NCBI GenBank assembly: GCA_905178155.1
Contig: CAJINV010000001.1
Span: forward strand, 6,171,860-6,235,859
Origin: Amoebophrya sp. A120
Taxonomy: Eukaryota; Protista; Dinoflagellata
Direction of reading: 5' to 3'
DNA length: 64,000 nucleotides
Shown: positions 59,612 through 64,000 of the stretch, piece after piece
Layout: the number at the start of each line of letters is the position of its first letter
Numbering within the stretch: the first letter of the stretch is position 1
Translations under genes and position numbers: made by a program
The notes under the pieces: generated by a model
Databases searched by the model: none
Told to the model about the DNA's origin: nothing
The model's input: the letters and a program-made list of their open reading frames with translations, nothing else

Positions 59612-62600
59612 ATGATGTTGGATCTTACCATGCATAGTATCAATACCTTCAGAAGATACTTTCATCGTGTTTTCGTCTTCTTAGTTTGGGCATTGTGTGT
59701 TGAAAAAAAGATCCTCCTCGACGTTCTCGCTCTCAGAATCGTGCAAACTGCTCAAAGTAACCCGGAACAGTCAGCACACAGTGGATCGACCCACGGCCAC
59801 GACAGCAACACGACGGAGGCTGTCGACAATGCGTCGGTGAAATTACCAGAAGAGAGGGTTGGTCTTGAACAAGAAGACCGAGGAGCCAGCAAAACGAAAA
59901 CCGCAAGGATTTTTTTGCAAATCGAGAAAGTAAAACCTGCTCTCACCGCAGTTGCTGGTGGACCTTCCAGCTGTGGAGGCGGGGGCGATGACGCAGCGGT
60001 AGGAGAAGCGAAAAACCTGGGTGCAGGATCATCTACAATTGGTCTGAATGCCGTCTCCACACAAGGACAAGGAGTTTACGCGGAAGGTTCTGGCTCATAT
60101 TTGCGTGCCCCGGCGGCACCAGGAGGGCAAATTGCACCAGAGACGGCTCAGGTCGTGGGAGGTGGGCAGCCGTACCCGATGCAGGTTACGATCCCTTTGA
60201 AAACAAAGCCTTTCGTGGGAAAGAAGGCCGTGCCGCTTTTCCGAGCATCATCTTCAAGCGGGGACGCAGGAGCAAAAGGAGATATGCTCACGATGGAAAG
60301 CACCCCACTGGAGGTCACTGGCACAGCGGACGCAATGCAGGATCTTTCGACGGATTCCGCCTCGCGCGTCTTTACCCTCCGTCCACGGTTGGACTTTTCT
60401 TTGGGCCCAAAAGATCAGCCTAGTACCCTGGAATCGCAAGAGATCCAGGGGGCGCGGGCGCCCACACCGCAGAAGTCACAGGTCGTCGCAGGGGCTGAGC
60501 AAGTAGTTGCCGATACGGTGGAAATCATCACCGACTCGCTCGCAGTCCCTCCATTGGGGGGTGCTAGTGCGACCGCGGGTTCAGGAATACGGGACGACCA
60601 CCTCAAGGGCGATGCGCACCGGCGAGTCCTCTGGGTTTCACAACCCGGCCCAAGTAAACTGTGGGTGGCAAATCGGTCCGGATGCGACTTTCTCCTTCAA
60701 ATCAAATGTGCTGCTGACCGACGCAGAAAAGTGCCGCGCCTGGGTCGGGTTCGTAAAGTCAGTTGCGGATACGGCCAGCGCAACAAGTACTTGCACGAAC
60801 GATTATTTCATTATATTTGGCTTAGGCTTAGTCATACTCATAGCCTCAGACTTAGTGCACTAATGTAGTAGCGTTTGGGTTTGCTTGGTTCTTAAACTTA
60901 ATATTCTTCCATTCTATTTATCTATGATGAATCGGTGAGTTCTGGATCTGGTGCCACTTGAATTAACGCAAACAGATCCGACTTCTGCTGACCTTTTTTG
61001 CCCCCGTGTCGACGGAGCTGGGAAAGGCTTCGAAACAAGGAGGAGGTGTTATTCGCTTGCGTGGTTCGACAAGGACTTCAATGGTAATGCCAACCTGGGT
61101 GGGGCGGGGATGGTGAAGCACAGCACATGTGCGGGCACTTGGGGGTCCAAACTGTCCCTTTCGCAGAAAATCACGCCTCTCAGCAGCAACCTCTCTGAGC
61201 TCGCTGCCCGGGATGCCGAGGAGCCGCTAGTGGACAAAGACGGCACGAACCTGCTGACAGACTTCAAAAGCGAGGCGGGCGGCTTCCGGATGCAGCTACC
61301 AAAGGCGGCCTTGAGCATACCGCCCTCGTCGGGGGATGAGCAGGCAAGTTTCTCCTGCGGCAGGGAGACCGAGGACCGCGACGCGCGCCTGTGGCTTCGT
61401 GACGAATTCTGGGGCGGAAAAGCGAGCAGCAGCGACTCGAACAGCAACGATAATCTCCACAACGACGCTGTGTCCGGTGTGCGGCTGCAGATCGAGGTGA
61501 GCGCCGATTGTCCGGAGGAGGTTTGGTTTTCGGACTTCGAGGTCCGTGACGGCACAGTCTGCCCCGCGGCCGAGCGCGCGAGGAATTTGGATGCCTCCGC
61601 GCCCTGGATCCCGGCGGGAAAGAGCGCACGACTGCTCTACATGGAAATCGCCGCGAAAGTGAACAGCGCAGATGAGGGCACGACACAGGCAGATTACGTT
61701 GTGCTGCGGGGCAACAGGGCCGCCCGCGAAGACTTTGTGGATAGAGACCGCAAAGGGTTTCTTGAGGAAGAAATCACGGACGCGAACGGTTTTATGCTGT
61801 TGGGCCACCCCTGGGAGCCGTGCCCGTCGCCCGAAGATCCGCTTTTTGACGACCCGGCGCGCCGGCGGACGTTGCTCGTGACCTCCCCCGCGAACCCGCG
61901 CGGGCTTTGGGGCTTGGGCGAAGACTCGATTTTCGAGTTCCGGTCCGATCTGCTGACGAAAGATGAGAAGTGCAAGGCCTGGATCGGCTGGGTAGCGTAT
62001 GACGAAAGCTGGATGACGGACATTACCGACCTGGCCACCTGCACGCCGATGACCAGGCCGTACAGCACCTCGGCTGGTTGGACCTACAAGGGGAGGGAGG
62101 TCACGAATCCCTGCATTGCCCTCCCCTGGCTCGACAGGCGCGCCGGGAACGAAGTTCGCTTCAACTACTGCGAATTGGTCCCGGGTGGTTTCGAGGGGGA
62201 AGGCATGCGGTTCGACTCGTGGACGCTGCCGCCGGACGCAGACAAGGTCCTCGCCGCAGCGGAATTCGACAAGTTTACTAATTGGAAAGGTGGGCTCCTT
62301 ACAGCGTTGCCGATCCGTGGAGGCGTGCGGTGCGAGGACGCGCAAGCTATGAAATGGATCCAGGGCGCGAGTGGGTTATGGGGACGACCTAGTAGTACTA
62401 TTAGGGGTGCCTCTACTGCTTCACGAGATCCCATGGTGGCCTTGAGAATTGAACTCAGCTCCGACTGCCCCGACGACATCACGTTCTCGGATTTTAGAAT
62501 GCAAGACAGCTCGACTACTATGCACGGAGGGCAAATAAGCACGGATCAGTCCTTCGCGCAAAAGAACGCAGATTCTTCTGGCGCAAATGCAGCAGCAGCA

Positions 62601-62663
62601 GCAGCAGCAGCAAAGAAGTCGCCTCGTCGTCCGAGCGGGGTTGGTGGTATTGTGTTTGTGTGA
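59612..62663 (+). CDS. Probable secreted protein with two copies of an unknown Cys/Trp-containing domain; apparent frameshift at 60661-60668; intron 60787-60975
   Basis: Hydrophobic N-terminus; internal repeat homology spans ORFs 59612, 60507 and 60951; phase-1 GT-AG intron. May be a pseudogene or carry an assembly error. Confidence 0.65.
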
Positions 62664-63688
62664 GTAGTTTCTTCGTGCTGTAGTCGGAGATGCTGTTGCT
62701 CTCGCCCATCTGATGTTTCTTTCTGTTTTCGTTTTGTCTTTTTGATTTTGTTTCAATTTCATACATATGACGATGACCACGACGTTATCATCTAAAGGTA
62801 AAGGTAAAGGGTCTGTATAAAAAAGTTTGAGTTTTTTAAAATCGTTGTTGTAGAAGCGTGTGAGTTTGTTTTTCATTCTTAACGCATGGCATTACTGAGT
62901 CAACCCTTTGTTTCATTTTGATACCCACCCGCCCCGAAAAATTTCGACTTGTCTAAAGACGTAGCTGTCTAGAGGTCACCGCTGATCACCACCCCCGACC
63001 GATCGACGGAATAACAATAATCCCCGAGACTTCATTGCGATTAGGATTACAATTGCGTTTGAAATTGAATTGCTTCACCAAGAAAACTTCTTAAGTGATA
63101 CAGCGTGAGCTTCGTTTTTCAGGGCGCAAAGTGAATGAGCGCGTGTCCCTCTGAATGTTCTTGTTTTCGTCTTCTGTTGCCTTCAAATTCGAAAATATGA
63201 GAACGAAAAGAGACGAAGAGCGACGAGAAGAGAGAAGATCAAGATACGATGTTTGTCGTCGTGACCAACCACGCAAAAGAAGTGGTGACGAGCAACTCGG
63301 GGCTCCTTCTTTACGTGTTCGCGTCTGGGGCTTGGCGGCACGCAAGAAGTGGAATTGAGAGCAAAAGCGCATCGTACTTGAACTATTGAAAACAGCAACA
63401 AGCAAATTACCTTGCTTTCATCTGAATGAATGGACATGGAGATAGAGGACGATTCTACTTGTACTTCACAAGACAACTCTTAGCAATCTTCATCTATGCT
63501 GGTCAAACTGTGCTTTGGCGGGCGTACAAGTCGTAGGTGAACTTCGACAAGACCGAGAATTTTCCTTCCTTCAGAAACAAAACGAAATAAAAGTACACCT
63601 CCTCGTCCCGTCGAAACAAAAGAAAAATAGAGCGGAGAATGCTGTTCAAGATCTTCGCCGGGCTCTACTTGCGGAAATAGGTCTGCTC

Positions 63689-63882
63689 ATGGGTTTCAGT
63701 AGCCCGCCCAATACGGCTCCTTACACCGCACAGGGTCCAGAAACTACTTACCTGAGCCAGCAGCAGTCTGCGCACCAGCAGCAGTCCTATCAGGAAGGGT
63801 CGCGTCCGCGTTCTTATTCCATGAGCTGGATCGACGAGATCGTGCCTCCCAATGAGGAGGAGGACGACCAGGAGAACTTTGA
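63689..63882 (+). CDS. Possible first exon of a gene continuing beyond the window
   Basis: ATG-initiated Q/S/E-rich coding-like stretch ending at a GTATCA donor-like site (63883), followed by AT-rich sequence. Confidence 0.35.
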
Positions 63883-64000
63883 GTATCAATAGTTTGGTAC
63901 AAAAGAAAATTGAATATCTTGATCAAAATAAAGCCGTAAATCTTCAATCATTGCACCACGCTTTGCTGCAGCTGCACTTCTACCAGGCACGTTTTATTCA

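Noticed and set aside
4380-62542. Many long minus-strand ORFs (e.g. 5859-6779, 15310-16353, 24154-25467, 40811-41779, 51863-52957, 61296-62345)
   Set aside because: Antisense shadows of GC3-rich + strand genes; no recognisable motifs.

Overview
Gene-dense eukaryotic genomic DNA. All ~19 supportable protein-coding genes lie on the + strand with short introns. The unidirectional gene array, low-complexity protein insertions and non-canonical inverted-repeat introns suggest an alveolate, most likely a syndinian parasite such as Amoebophrya (inference). Recognisable genes: RING-finger protein (partial), RNA polymerase I subunit RPA2, DsbA/thioredoxin-fold protein, RECQL4-like helicase, LRRCC1-like protein, SAM methyltransferase, PRP19, TPT/SLC35-type transporter, tropomodulin-like LRR protein, two Gfo/Idh/MocA oxidoreductases and a NUC-family endonuclease. 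The main signal is a family of miniature transposon-like introns (introners): five clear copies and one decayed copy, 145-265 bp long. Each starts with TAT, ends with ATA and carries terminal inverted repeats; the five clear copies are flanked by an exact 5-bp target-site duplication (TSD). Removing the element plus one TSD restores conserved tropomodulin and DHDH reading frames without GT-AG boundaries. Two copies are full-length homologs inserted in opposite orientation. The canonical introns mostly begin GTAY, which may mean they derive from these elements. Other points: an unnamed helical domain shared by two nearby genes, a two-repeat secreted protein broken by a 4-bp duplication, and a 2.2-kb GC-rich degenerate island. 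All splice models were derived by eye without transcript data.
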